Part shown: positions 48,058-58,525 of the stretch, in pieces | Numbering within the stretch: the stretch's first letter is position 1 | How the letters are laid out: each line of letters opens with the position of its first letter | Source: a virus | Lineage: Duplodnaviria; Caudoviricetes | Virus record (IMG/VR): IMGVR_UViG_3300028833_000068 | Span: 96,001-160,000 of that record | Length of the DNA stretch: 64,000 nt | Direction: 5' to 3' (one strand) | Translations under genes and position numbers: made by a program | Notes under the pieces: model-generated | The model's input: the letters and a program-made list of their open reading frames with translations, nothing else | The model's database searches: none | Told to the model about the DNA's origin: nothing

Positions 48058-48849
48058 TTAGGATTTATAATGTTTTTCCCAAACATCTAGGTTAAGTCCA
48101 CTATCAAGAACCACAATCGTTGGGTTTCCATCTCTGTTAACTATTCCAAAGTTTGCCAATTGAACAAAATCGCTCATTTTGGTATCTATTACTAACTTAA
48201 TAAACTCTTGTAACCATTGTGACTTATTTATTGCATCTTGGCAATTTTTATCATAATATTCTTCTCCCAAGACATAATTTGCTTCAATATACATTAATAT
48301 ATCAGTCATTGATAGTTCTGACATTTCATTTGGTTTTTTTATGTTGTCAAAATACTTATTAAAGCCTATTTTTTTATCACCATTATTTCTAGAAAAATCA
48401 TCACTACTTTGAACTGAATTTTGGTGATAAAAATGATAAAATGGTATTCCCAATATCTTTTCAAAATCCTCTTCAGTACAAGGTAATACTGCCTCTGAAA
48501 CCAAGAACGTGAAATTCTTATCATAGTTAAACACTCTAGCTAATAATGGAGAATCAACTACTTGGAATAGTGTATATTCTTGTAGGTTTTGGTCAATTCC
48601 AGCTTCATATCTTCTTCCGTATGCAAGTTTTAACACCAAGTTATCATTTAACGTGAATACGCATCTAGAGCTACCCATAGAATCTGGGTATCCTAACCAC
48701 CTTCTACAGTATTCCATCTGAGGAACACTATTGTCCTCGTTTGCAAATGCGCTATCAGCAATCATTGATAGTTCTTTAAGTGAAAACCCTTCTTGATATG
48801 CTTCAAACAACCTTTTTCTCTGTGATTCATTTATTTTAACTAATTTCAT
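48058..48849 (-). CDS. Protein-kinase-like fold protein with N-terminal tag
   Basis: MKLVKINESQRKRLFE; GSSRCVF, VLKLA, N..E, D....NFG, VVLDSG; ATATTTATA at 48870-48878. Confidence 0.7.
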   Translation of the reverse strand: MKLVKINESQRKRLFEAYQEGFSLKELSMIADSAFANEDNSVPQMEYCRRWLGYPDSMGSSRCVFTLNDNLVLKLAYGRRYEAGIDQNLQEYTLFQVVDSPLLARVFNYDKNFTFLVSEAVLPCTEEDFEKILGIPFYHFYHQNSVQSSDDFSRNNGDKKIGFNKYFDNIKKPNEMSELSMTDILMYIEANYVLGEEYYDKNCQDAINKSQWLQEFIKLVIDTKMSDFVQLANFGIVNRDGNPTIVVLDSGLNLDVWEKHYKS

Positions 48850-48953
48850 TACAATAATACAATTTATTATATAAATATCTCATTTTTTTCGTTTAAACAC
48901 TTGTTTTTTACAGAAATTTTCTTATATTTTATACGTGTATAAAATATAAGAAA

Positions 48954-50909
48954 ATGGCATTATCATTAAAAAAAATTGAAGAGGCATATAATAAGTTAAA
49001 GGAATACAAGGGCGATAACTCTTATATCACGAAACTCAAGAACACCATCATTACTTATCAAACTAGGTCAATGAATGATTTTGAGTCAGAATATGTCTTG
49101 TCCAATTGGGATAGAGAACCGTTCGAAGTTAACAAGATGGTTATGGTTGCTGATTGGTATGGGGAGAAACTACAAGAGAAGTGGGAGATTGAGTTTATTC
49201 CAAAGAAACTGAAGATTACTTGGTTCTTGGGTGAGACTGATACTCACTATCATTTCTATTGTATATATAGAAGGTCACAAGACAAGGCTGTTGAACTATT
49301 TGCACCAAAGAAGGGCATACTGACTGACTTCTTGATGGAAGACTACCATGATGTTGAGTTTGATGCCTCAAAGTATATAACAGAAAAGAGGATTCCATTA
49401 CCCCATCAAGTTGATGCTGCAAAGTTTATGCTTTCTAGAAAGAGGTGCATTATAGCAGATGAGATGGGAAGTGGCAAAAGCTGTAGCGCAATCTTAGCAG
49501 CACTTGAGGGTAATTACGAACATGTGCTGATTGTATGCCCAGCGTCAGTTAAGAAGACGTGGGAGAAAGAACTGAAGTTCTACGTTAAGGATGAAGATAT
49601 AACCATAGTTCAAGGTTCTAAATGGGATGATGCAAAGTTTACTATAATTAACTTTGATATTTTAGATAATTTTTATGAAATACCAGAACAGATAGTTAAA
49701 ACAAGTGAATTGAATGTTGATGACGATGGTAATGTTATTAGGGAGTATAAGGAGAAAAAAATCGTCTCTAGGAGCAAGAAAATCATTGATGAGGCAATGA
49801 GTAAGAGTCAATTGTTTCAGAGTCACTACGACCTTGTAATCATTGATGAGGCTCATAGATTGTCTAATAATACATCTGGGCGTTTTAAAATCATCTCTGA
49901 CCTTTTAAAAAGGCTTAATCCAAAAGGAATATTTGAGTTAACTGGCACCATGATTACCAATTCGACACAGAACTTAAGAAATCTTCTTAAACTGATTGAT
50001 TTGCCTATTGCAAAAGATTGGCAATACTTTATGGAAAGGTATTGTGGTGCAAAGTTCTTTTATAAGAAGAATGAAAGGAATGCATATACTGCAATGTTCT
50101 TAAAGGATAAGAAAAAAGCAACTTGGTATGACTTATCTCAAGATGAGAAGAAGGAGTTGGATGAACTATTGGAAAAGAAATGTAAGAAGCTTTGTATTCC
50201 AGGAGAAGATACCAATATGGAAGAACTTCAAGAGATTATTAAACCTTATTATCTTAGAAGACTTAAGACTGATTTTGCTACAATGCCAAAGAAAACTGTT
50301 AAGTGCCTTCATTATGAAATGACAGATGAAGAACAAAAATCATATGATGAATTATGGGATAAATATCTTGAACTTCAAGAGGATAAGGAAAAAACTGAAA
50401 AGAACAAAAAGTTAATTGAGGTTTCGCTCATGAGACAATGGCTTGCTGATAAAATGATAACAAGGACAATTGATTTAACTAGAAAATGTATCGATGTTGG
50501 AAGAAAGGTAATCATATTCTGTGCATATGACAATGAGATAAACAAGTTTATCGAGGAATTTGGCGATATTTGTGTGTATCATAATGGCAAGCTAAATGAG
50601 AAAAAGAAAAATGAGGCTGTTGAGAAATTCCAAAATGATGATAATATAAAAGTTTTTATAGGTAATATAGTTAGTTCAGGCGTGGGTATAACTCTTACGA
50701 AAGCATCAGTTGTTATTTTTAACTCATTTTCTTTTACCCCTAGTGATTGTAAACAATGTGAAGACCGTGTGTATCGTATTGGGCAAAATAAAAACTGTAC
50801 AATTTATTATCAATCATTTAATGGAACTTACTTTGATAGAATGTTAGAGATTATACATAATAAAGAATACGTAATAAATAAAATAGTTTTAACTGAGAAA
50901 GAAAAATAA
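48954..50909 (+). CDS. SNF2-family (SF2) helicase/translocase
   Basis: PHQ, ADEMGSGKS, IIDEAH, LTGT, LRRLK, GVGITL, QCEDRVYRIGQ. Confidence 0.92.
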   Translation: MALSLKKIEEAYNKLKEYKGDNSYITKLKNTIITYQTRSMNDFESEYVLSNWDREPFEVNKMVMVADWYGEKLQEKWEIEFIPKKLKITWFLGETDTHYHFYCIYRRSQDKAVELFAPKKGILTDFLMEDYHDVEFDASKYITEKRIPLPHQVDAAKFMLSRKRCIIADEMGSGKSCSAILAALEGNYEHVLIVCPASVKKTWEKELKFYVKDEDITIVQGSKWDDAKFTIINFDILDNFYEIPEQIVKTSELNVDDDGNVIREYKEKKIVSRSKKIIDEAMSKSQLFQSHYDLVIIDEAHRLSNNTSGRFKIISDLLKRLNPKGIFELTGTMITNSTQNLRNLLKLIDLPIAKDWQYFMERYCGAKFFYKKNERNAYTAMFLKDKKKATWYDLSQDEKKELDELLEKKCKKLCIPGEDTNMEELQEIIKPYYLRRLKTDFATMPKKTVKCLHYEMTDEEQKSYDELWDKYLELQEDKEKTEKNKKLIEVSLMRQWLADKMITRTIDLTRKCIDVGRKVIIFCAYDNEINKFIEEFGDICVYHNGKLNEKKKNEAVEKFQNDDNIKVFIGNIVSSGVGITLTKASVVIFNSFSFTPSDCKQCEDRVYRIGQNKNCTIYYQSFNGTYFDRMLEIIHNKEYVINKIVLTEKEK

Positions 50910-50954
50910 TTCTTCGGATATTGCATATAATTTTTTATTTTTTATAAAAAGACT

Positions 50955-51116
50955 ATGGCAATTAATCAACAAATTTATCTAAATGGAATAAGGGGGCTAT
51001 TATCTCACTATGAAATAGAAACACTTCCTAGGAGCTATGAAGGATACAAATCTATGTTCCATCATGCAACAGAATTAAAAGAAGAAAGAGATAGAATAGG
51101 CAATAATAACAAGTAA
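50955..51116 (+). CDS. Small hypothetical protein (53 aa)
   Basis: Hand translation MAINQQIYLNGIRG... Confidence 0.5.
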   Translation: MAINQQIYLNGIRGLLSHYEIETLPRSYEGYKSMFHHATELKEERDRIGNNNK

Positions 51117-51129
51117 AATATTTTAAATT

Positions 51130-51741
51130 ATGAATTTCGAAATTGATTTAACAAATGCGGTTAAGATAGTAACCAAGAAGGATGATGCAACTTTCATCGA
51201 ATACACGATTGATGATGGTAAAATTGTAGATGTTTCAATTGTTGAGAGAGAGAAGACAACTGAAGAGAAAGTTGAAGAGCTGAAAAGTAACCCAGACGTG
51301 CAAAAAATAAATAAGCTTATCACACTTTCTGATAATGCTGGAGTTTTAACTAAGATGGTAGATGGGAAATATACCTCTATTGCTGATGTTATAAAGGATA
51401 GTGTTAAGAATGAGCCAATCGAAACTGTAATTAAAGATGATATTGTCGTTCCAATTAAGAAGCAAGACATTAAAATCGATAACAGTAAAAATATATTAGC
51501 TAATGCAATGGCTTCTAGTGAAATTATGAAGCTTGATGAAAAGATGGACGAGACAGCAAAAGTTTTCAGAGGTGTGATTGCTGAAAAGCTGTCAGAAGAT
51601 GAACCTAAAGACGTTAAACAAGGTGAAATCGATAATGACATTGATAAGGCATTGGCAATTAGTGATAGAGATAAGAGAATCAACTATCTCAAAGATGTAA
51701 TTTCAAAGATTAACACCAAGAAGGAAGAAGACAATGAGTGA
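51130..51741 (+). CDS. Hypothetical protein
   Basis: 203 aa ORF. Confidence 0.75.
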   Translation: MNFEIDLTNAVKIVTKKDDATFIEYTIDDGKIVDVSIVEREKTTEEKVEELKSNPDVQKINKLITLSDNAGVLTKMVDGKYTSIADVIKDSVKNEPIETVIKDDIVVPIKKQDIKIDNSKNILANAMASSEIMKLDEKMDETAKVFRGVIAEKLSEDEPKDVKQGEIDNDIDKALAISDRDKRINYLKDVISKINTKKEEDNE

Positions 51742-52180
51742 ACTGACAAATTTGGCTAATGACCCAAGAAACTTCGATGACATAAAAGATGAAGTATATT
51801 TATGTTTTATTCGATATATTGGGGAAGAAAATGATGGCTTCTACAGATATGAATTCATATTTACAGATAGCATCGATGAGGTATGGGGTGAAGGGTTTGA
51901 CCAAAAACCAGCATGTTTGGTTAATGATTTAATGGTTGATGGACAATATATAACTGAAGTGCATATAGTAAAAACCAAGATAAAGCTAGACCTCATTCAA
52001 GACAACTGTTGCTTCTCTATCAGTGATTGTTATGACGGTCTTGTTTGTCTTGCAGGAGAAAATCTTGATGGATATGAAGAATATCCAGATGAAAGGGGCA
52101 GACTTTTCTTTAGATTTGGAGAGACATTAGAAAAAACTGAAGAAAAATTAGCAAAATGCGGTATTTTAATGATTAATTAG
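51734..52180 (+). CDS. Hypothetical acidic protein
   Basis: 148 aa ORF. Confidence 0.75.
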   Translation: MSELTNLANDPRNFDDIKDEVYLCFIRYIGEENDGFYRYEFIFTDSIDEVWGEGFDQKPACLVNDLMVDGQYITEVHIVKTKIKLDLIQDNCCFSISDCYDGLVCLAGENLDGYEEYPDERGRLFFRFGETLEKTEEKLAKCGILMIN

Positions 52181-52226
52181 ATATTTATAATAAACTAAGA
52201 TTAATATCCAATTAATATTTTTATAT

Positions 52227-53147
52227 ATGGTAACAGAGCAATTTATTGAACGAGCCAAAAAAGTTCATGGCGATAAATACGATTATTCAAAGGTAGAATA
52301 TAAAAACAACCATACAAAAGTTTGTATAATCTGTCCTATTCATGGCGAATTCTGGATGACCCCAAATAATCATTTACAAGGACACGGATGTAAACCTTGT
52401 GGGTATAATAAAAATGCAGAAAATCAAACATTGTCATTAGAACAATTCATAGAAAAAGCTAAAAAGATTCATGGGGAAAAATATGATTATTCAAAAGTAA
52501 AATATTTTGGTATGCACACAAGGATTTGTATTATCTGTCCTAAACACGGTGAATTTTGGCAACTTCCGTATGACCATTTACAAGGAAAGGGGTGTAAAAA
52601 ATGTGGGTATGAAAGTAATTGTTTAACTAATGAACAATTCATAGAAAAAGCTAAAAAAATTCATGGAGAAAAATATGATTATTCGAAAATAATTTATAAA
52701 GATAATAATACGCCTGTTTGTATTATATGTAAAGAACACGGTGAATTCTGGCAAACACCTCATACGCATTTAAAAGGTTACGGTTGTAATAAATGTAGTG
52801 AAACTACATTAGAAAATAAATGTAGACTACTGTTAGAAAAAAACCACATTGAATATATTTCTCAAAAAAAATTTGATTGGCTGGGTAACCAAAGATTAGA
52901 TTTTTATTTGCCAAATCATAATATTGGAATAGAATGTCAAGGTGAACAACATTACAGGCCAATAGAATTTTTTGGTGGTTTAAAAACATTTAATAAAATA
53001 AAAAATAATGATATAAAAAAAAGCAATAAATGTAAAGAAAATAAAATTAAATTAATATATTTTTCTGAAGAAAGGCACAATAGTTTTAATGGTGTTAAAA
53101 GTTATTACGATAATAACATTCTAAAAGAATTAATTAGTTATGATTGA
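52227..53147 (+). CDS. Free-standing homing endonuclease (three repeats plus Vsr-like domain), intact
   Basis: Three FIE.AKK.HG.KYDYSK..C..HGEFW repeats; RLDFYLP..IECQGEQH; ATATTTATA at 52181. Confidence 0.85.
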   Translation: MVTEQFIERAKKVHGDKYDYSKVEYKNNHTKVCIICPIHGEFWMTPNNHLQGHGCKPCGYNKNAENQTLSLEQFIEKAKKIHGEKYDYSKVKYFGMHTRICIICPKHGEFWQLPYDHLQGKGCKKCGYESNCLTNEQFIEKAKKIHGEKYDYSKIIYKDNNTPVCIICKEHGEFWQTPHTHLKGYGCNKCSETTLENKCRLLLEKNHIEYISQKKFDWLGNQRLDFYLPNHNIGIECQGEQHYRPIEFFGGLKTFNKIKNNDIKKSNKCKENKIKLIYFSEERHNSFNGVKSYYDNNILKELISYD

Positions 53148-53394
53148 ACCAAAATTCGGTAAAGGAGATTATATAATTAACCGCACTGCTGGCGATATGG
53201 GCATAATCAAAGGAATAACCAAAAAAGGTTATTACCAATTCAAAGAATATTATGATGCAATGTTTAACGAATTGAAGGATTTAAAAAATCTAAATTATGA
53301 TTTGCAAGTGAATTACCAAAAATTCTTTGAGTTATGTACAGATGAAGAAAAGAAAAAATTTGACGAAATCATAAAAGAAAAAGGAGGGAATTAA
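53140..53394 (+). CDS. Hypothetical protein
   Basis: 84 aa, PKFGKGDYI SH3-like start. Confidence 0.65.
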   Translation: MIEPKFGKGDYIINRTAGDMGIIKGITKKGYYQFKEYYDAMFNELKDLKNLNYDLQVNYQKFFELCTDEEKKKFDEIIKEKGGN

Positions 53395-53765
53395 TTTCTC
53401 TCCTTTAATTTATCTTTTTCGCTATGAAATCCTCTAGCGTATATATCCGATTTTTTTAAATCGCCATTTCGTTTTTGTTTAGCGTAATCCATAACATCAG
53501 AATAGCCATTATAATCTCCATTAAAAGCTTTTTTACCAGCTAATCTTCCTAATAAATATTGACCATCTTCAGTTTCACCAACCTCTTTTAATACTTTTTT
53601 TACTGATTCTTTTATAACCCAATGAAGCTCACTTTCAGTAATTCGTATTGGCTTTTTTGATTCCATTTGTACATTGTTTTCTTCTTGTTGTTTTGATGCT
53701 TGATACATTTTTCCATATCCCATAGCTTGTGCTAATTCAAATCCATTTTTAAAAGGTAGTCCCAT
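53391..53765 (-). CDS. Tag-bearing small protein
   Basis: Internal KPIRITESELHWVIKESVKKVLKE. Confidence 0.8.
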   Translation of the reverse strand: MGLPFKNGFELAQAMGYGKMYQASKQQEENNVQMESKKPIRITESELHWVIKESVKKVLKEVGETEDGQYLLGRLAGKKAFNGDYNGYSDVMDYAKQKRNGDLKKSDIYARGFHSEKDKLKERN

Positions 53766-53768
53766 AGT

Positions 53769-55172
53769 TTACTGTTGTGTTTGTTTCATTATTCCTTCGT
53801 ACATAAAGTCTGCGACCTTCATAATTGAGTCGAAGACGCTTGCACAGTTATTTACGTTCATTCCCCAGTTTGCAAGATAATTAAAATGTTCTTGTTGATT
53901 TTCATATCCAAATCCGCTTAAAACAATCCATGCGCATAGTTCAGCTTCTTGTTCAATGATATCAGTTCCTCTAAGTGAGCTTCCACCACGATAGAATTTC
54001 TTAAGATTTGGGTTTGTAGTACTTACAACTTCCCAGTGCATGATTTGGTGTGCTGTCTCATGTATCACTGTGCTTAACAAACCATGATTCTTTTTATCGT
54101 CAATAATATCAACAATACCCTTATTACTAGCAGACCCTCTAGCTCCACCTAATTTATCACTGCCTACGAAGTTATATTCTTTAACTCCAATTGACTTACC
54201 AAATTTTACACAAGCATCTATAAGTATTCTTTCCTTTTCAGTTTCATCACTATCAGCATCATACCATTTGAAATTATTCTCTGGAAATTCCTCTGCACCT
54301 TCTCCTTTAATCAAGTCAGAAATATCGTATGCAAGATATTCCTTAAATCCTCCTCTAGGGTCTGGATATTTTGTTTCTCTATCCAATCTACGCTTCTGTG
54401 AAGGGGTTAACTCGCTAATTGACCTTACTCCCTCTTTTTCAAGAAAACGCCTTACAACTTCATCATATTGAGCGCCAAACAATTTTTTAAATGATGCTGG
54501 CATTGCAAGTATAATGGGAACTGCATTTGGTTTTGGTGTATAGCCCATATCCCTCCATTCTCCCTTTGAACGAACATCTCTAGCGTTACTCTTTTGCATA
54601 AAAATCAAAATTGTATTCAACCAAGAAAGTTGATGTCCCCTATGTTTTGACATTTCAGCTCTGAATCTAGACAATTCAGCCAATGCATTCATAGTTTCTC
54701 TACTTCCAACTCCTTGCGCCAATTTTTTCTTGAATTCTTCTGCATTAGCAATAATGCCATTACCATCAATTCTTCCGCCACTTGAGGCTTCTGCTTTCAT
54801 GATAACATCTTTCAATTGTTCAATTGAAGAAAGAACCTCATTGATATCTCTATTGTTTCCGCCATCTGGTGGCGTCTCTTGTTGTCCTATTTCTTCCGCA
54901 AACTTCTTAATTAATGGATATACCTCTTGTTCACTTCCATCCCATACAATCCATCCCCAAGCTTGTGGTACTCCTTGTATGTTTCTAATGTAGCGATTAT
55001 ATGGCAAATACTCCATGCCATATTTTTTCATTAAATCCTTATTATCAAAAGTGCTATCAGTTGATGCATTTGGGTCAACATACACCAATTTGAATCCCTT
55101 TCCATTTTTTGTTTTAAGAACGTTTTGGTTTGTTGCCAATTGATAATATTCTCGTACTAGCTTCTTATTCAT
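53769..55172 (-). CDS. ArdC-like protein (ssDNA-binding ArdC-N plus zincin HExxH metallopeptidase domain)
   Basis: SWLNTILIFMQ..W..MG..P..I.L; VIHETAH, EQEAE, YLANW. Confidence 0.8.
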   Translation of the reverse strand: MNKKLVREYYQLATNQNVLKTKNGKGFKLVYVDPNASTDSTFDNKDLMKKYGMEYLPYNRYIRNIQGVPQAWGWIVWDGSEQEVYPLIKKFAEEIGQQETPPDGGNNRDINEVLSSIEQLKDVIMKAEASSGGRIDGNGIIANAEEFKKKLAQGVGSRETMNALAELSRFRAEMSKHRGHQLSWLNTILIFMQKSNARDVRSKGEWRDMGYTPKPNAVPIILAMPASFKKLFGAQYDEVVRRFLEKEGVRSISELTPSQKRRLDRETKYPDPRGGFKEYLAYDISDLIKGEGAEEFPENNFKWYDADSDETEKERILIDACVKFGKSIGVKEYNFVGSDKLGGARGSASNKGIVDIIDDKKNHGLLSTVIHETAHQIMHWEVVSTTNPNLKKFYRGGSSLRGTDIIEQEAELCAWIVLSGFGYENQQEHFNYLANWGMNVNNCASVFDSIMKVADFMYEGIMKQTQQ

Positions 55173-55178
55173 TTCTTT

Positions 55179-55568
55179 TTAATTTAAAATCGTAATCATT
55201 AATTGTTCTCTAATTGGTGCAATCAAAAGCCCTTTTGGATATGTATATTCATCATTTTTTAACCCACCATTGAAATTGATTTCAAATGTCCCAATATATG
55301 TTCCAGCTTCTTTAGTGTCACGTGCTTTCCAATCATAGCATATGACATATTGTTCAGTGCAACTATCAATATCACGTAGTTTAATGTAAGCTTTATTCTT
55401 AGCTATTTTTGTAACATTTGTATCAGCGTTAACCATTGTGAATGTAATGTCTGCATTTTGTATACATTCATGAAACTTATGGTATGGATGTGTAGAACCA
55501 TCCTCTATTAGTTCCATACGTAATGTTGGTAAAACACTATTTTGTTTTATAAAGAAATGCTGCGCCAT
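55179..55568 (-). CDS. BppU-like N-terminal domain (baseplate) protein
   Basis: FFIKQNSVLP, YDW...DT..AGTY.G.FEI.F..P. Confidence 0.65.
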   Translation of the reverse strand: MAQHFFIKQNSVLPTLRMELIEDGSTHPYHKFHECIQNADITFTMVNADTNVTKIAKNKAYIKLRDIDSCTEQYVICYDWKARDTKEAGTYIGTFEINFNGGLKNDEYTYPKGLLIAPIREQLMITILN

Positions 55569-55632
55569 TTTAACTATTATTTCTCAATAAATATTACATT
55601 CTTAACAATATTTATATAAAAATATAACAAAA

Positions 55633-56970
55633 ATGCAACAATCACCAAAGGCATATAGAGATAAATTGAGGTTGAGAAGACACAGTTACGGTATTGAAAA
55701 GCGTAGGAATATGTCCAAGTTAATACTTGAGCATGGAACACCAATACCGCAGCCCATCGACTATCCAGATATTGATAGTACGATGCATAAATGGGTTGAG
55801 GATAATATACAGATAGTTTACGATGGAAAGAGATTACCAGTATATAAATTGTATAGCACTCAAAGATTGAGCGAATATATTCAAGAATGGGATAAACAAG
55901 ATGATACTGGTAACCCAATTATCAATTTCTTAACCATTACACGTGAACTTAATCCACAGAAAGGAGAAAATCAAGGAAATTACTTCAATATTCCTGGACA
56001 TAAGGATTTTGCAATGTTCTATGTTCCTGTATTACAAGAGAATGGGACTGAGGCATATGACAAGTATACCATGAAACAGCCAACTCAGATTAACTTTATT
56101 TATACTGTTTCAGTTGTTTCAAATAAAATGGAGATTATAAATAAAATGAATGAACTGATGCATTATGAGTTTAATGCAATTGATTGCTTTATATCTCCAA
56201 ATGACCACCCAATGTCAATGACGTTGGAAGATATTTCTGATGAATCAGAATATACGATTGATGACCGTAAGTATTATTCTCAATCTTATAAAATAAAGGT
56301 AAGAGGTTATATCATAAGACGAGAGGATTATAAGGTTGAAAGAATTCCTTCAAGATTAGTTTTATCTTCACATGATTCTGATGCTAGCGGAATTATAAAT
56401 AAGAGGGGAAAGAATAGACGAGAAGAAGATAAGGTTAAATTTATTGAGGAATATAAAGAAAGCTTACAATATCAAGAATTTAAAGATGAAACATTAAAGA
56501 AGGATGACCATTGTGAACCTATTCCAATTGATGAGAAGGATAGACCATCTGAGATTTATGAAGAGACTAGTGGGAATACTGATTGTTGTGACCCAGCTCC
56601 AAATAAGTATTACAATAAGATTGTAAAGATAATGATGAACTTTGATGATTGTACGTCAGAATTATCATTTGAAATAGATAAAGATGTGGTACTTGATTCA
56701 GTTGAAACAACCAATGTTTATGATTTCAGACTAATTGTCAATGGTGAAGCAATGGACTTGGAAACTGATATTAAGTTCTTGAAAGGTGATGAAATTATGG
56801 TAAGAATCACAAGAGATGACTTGCATAAGGATTCAGAGGTAATATTGGTTGGTTACGACCCAGAAGTTGCATTTGATAGAACTAAGCTTGCAGAATCATC
56901 ATTGGATGAACCAATCGATGAAGAAGACATAATGATAAACTATAAAGAGGAAGAAACAAATGGTATTTAA
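55633..56970 (+). CDS. Putative tail terminator/sheath-stabiliser (gp15-like) virion protein
   Basis: LPV..QR..W, P..INFIY.V..N, DISDES..RKYY..V.GY; ATATTTATA at 55608-55616. Confidence 0.5.
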   Translation: MQQSPKAYRDKLRLRRHSYGIEKRRNMSKLILEHGTPIPQPIDYPDIDSTMHKWVEDNIQIVYDGKRLPVYKLYSTQRLSEYIQEWDKQDDTGNPIINFLTITRELNPQKGENQGNYFNIPGHKDFAMFYVPVLQENGTEAYDKYTMKQPTQINFIYTVSVVSNKMEIINKMNELMHYEFNAIDCFISPNDHPMSMTLEDISDESEYTIDDRKYYSQSYKIKVRGYIIRREDYKVERIPSRLVLSSHDSDASGIINKRGKNRREEDKVKFIEEYKESLQYQEFKDETLKKDDHCEPIPIDEKDRPSEIYEETSGNTDCCDPAPNKYYNKIVKIMMNFDDCTSELSFEIDKDVVLDSVETTNVYDFRLIVNGEAMDLETDIKFLKGDEIMVRITRDDLHKDSEVILVGYDPEVAFDRTKLAESSLDEPIDEEDIMINYKEEETNGI

Positions 56971-58432
56971 AACTTACATTAATAAAACGTGTAGCATTAT
57001 CTCCAATAGCAAAATTAACACTGGTTTGAATCCCATACTAAAGTTAGTATACGGGAGAGATACCATTGTATCTAGAGGTTTAATATACTTTGACCATAAC
57101 AAAGTAAAAGAATTGATTGAAAATGGAACAATGAGTGATATGACGAAAATGAAACACATACTTCATATCACCAATGCTGGTTCTCTTGACTTTACAGAAC
57201 TCCATGACTGTACGACTAGCGACATTAATGATAACAAATCAATCAGAGCTACCTCATTTGACCTTATTTTCTTCTTAATACCAAAACCTTGGGATAGAGG
57301 TAAGGGATTCGATTATTCAATGAACTTTCTTAATGTTGGATATTATTCTCCAACTCCAATTGACCCACAAAGGCTTATTTCAACTGATGGCTGCAATTGG
57401 TTTCAACGCATGAATGGTCTTCCTTGGGATGAAGAAGGTGTATATACTAATGACCACTTATCCAAGGAATATGACAAATTCTCTTGTGGAGAAGAATCAA
57501 TTGTAATTGGTAGACAACATTTTGATGTTGGCAATGAAAATATTGAATTGGATATTACTGATGTGTTTAATAAGTTCTTAAATGGTGAACTAGAAAACTA
57601 CGGTATTGGAATTGCCTTTTCTCCATTATTGGAAATGTCTGAATCAGAATTTGAAAACTATTTTTCAATGTTAACTGATAAAACCAATACTTTCTTTGAA
57701 CCATATGTCGAAACTAGATATGATGACGTAATATTGGATGACAGAGCTAATTTCGTACTTAACAAAAAGAACAGACTCTATCTATATTGTAATATTGGTG
57801 ACATGATGGATGACTTGGACAAAAACCCAATAGTAACCATTACAAATTCTGATGATGAAGTGGTATTTGACAATATCGAGACTGTTAGACAAAGTAAAGG
57901 GGTATACTATATTGAATTAACACTCTCTAAAAACGATTTTGAGGCTGATACAATGCTTTATGACACATGGGATGGTATAGTCTACCAAGGAGTAGAATTG
58001 GATGCTGTAGAGCTTGATTTTACCCTTAAATCAACCCCTAACTTCTTCAACATAGGAAATTCACTTAGTGCTACCAATGTAAGGTTTACCCCATCCATAT
58101 CTGGTATTCAACAACGTGAACAGATTAAACGTTCAGATATTAGAAAGTTAATCATATCAGCAAAACCAAACTATACAGTTAATACAACCCAATTAGTTGA
58201 TAATATGGACATAAGATTATATGTTAAGGATGGTACTAGAGAAATTGATGTTATCGAATGGGATAAAATCAATAAGACATTCTCAGAAAATTTCTATATT
58301 ATTGATACTAATATACTCATACCACAAAGATATTTTGTAGATATTAGGATTAAATACGGAATGGATATGATTGTCCATCATGATGTTCTTTCATTCGATA
58401 TTGTTGATGATTTGAACAACAAATATGCTTAA
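56960..58432 (+). CDS. Conserved hypothetical virion protein
   Basis: 490 aa beta-rich, coupled to the previous gene. Confidence 0.65.
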   Translation: MVFKTYINKTCSIISNSKINTGLNPILKLVYGRDTIVSRGLIYFDHNKVKELIENGTMSDMTKMKHILHITNAGSLDFTELHDCTTSDINDNKSIRATSFDLIFFLIPKPWDRGKGFDYSMNFLNVGYYSPTPIDPQRLISTDGCNWFQRMNGLPWDEEGVYTNDHLSKEYDKFSCGEESIVIGRQHFDVGNENIELDITDVFNKFLNGELENYGIGIAFSPLLEMSESEFENYFSMLTDKTNTFFEPYVETRYDDVILDDRANFVLNKKNRLYLYCNIGDMMDDLDKNPIVTITNSDDEVVFDNIETVRQSKGVYYIELTLSKNDFEADTMLYDTWDGIVYQGVELDAVELDFTLKSTPNFFNIGNSLSATNVRFTPSISGIQQREQIKRSDIRKLIISAKPNYTVNTTQLVDNMDIRLYVKDGTREIDVIEWDKINKTFSENFYIIDTNILIPQRYFVDIRIKYGMDMIVHHDVLSFDIVDDLNNKYA

Positions 58433-58485
58433 AGAAGATATTTATATTAAAGAAAAAACATGAACAATTTATTTAAAACATAATC

Positions 58486-58525
58486 AAAAGCGCACTAGTT
58501 CTTTCATGGACTAATGCGCTTTTTT
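58486..58525 (+). terminator. Terminator-like hairpin directly upstream of phoH
   Basis: AAAAGCGCA.TAGT..ACTA.TGCGCTTTTTT. Confidence 0.65.
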
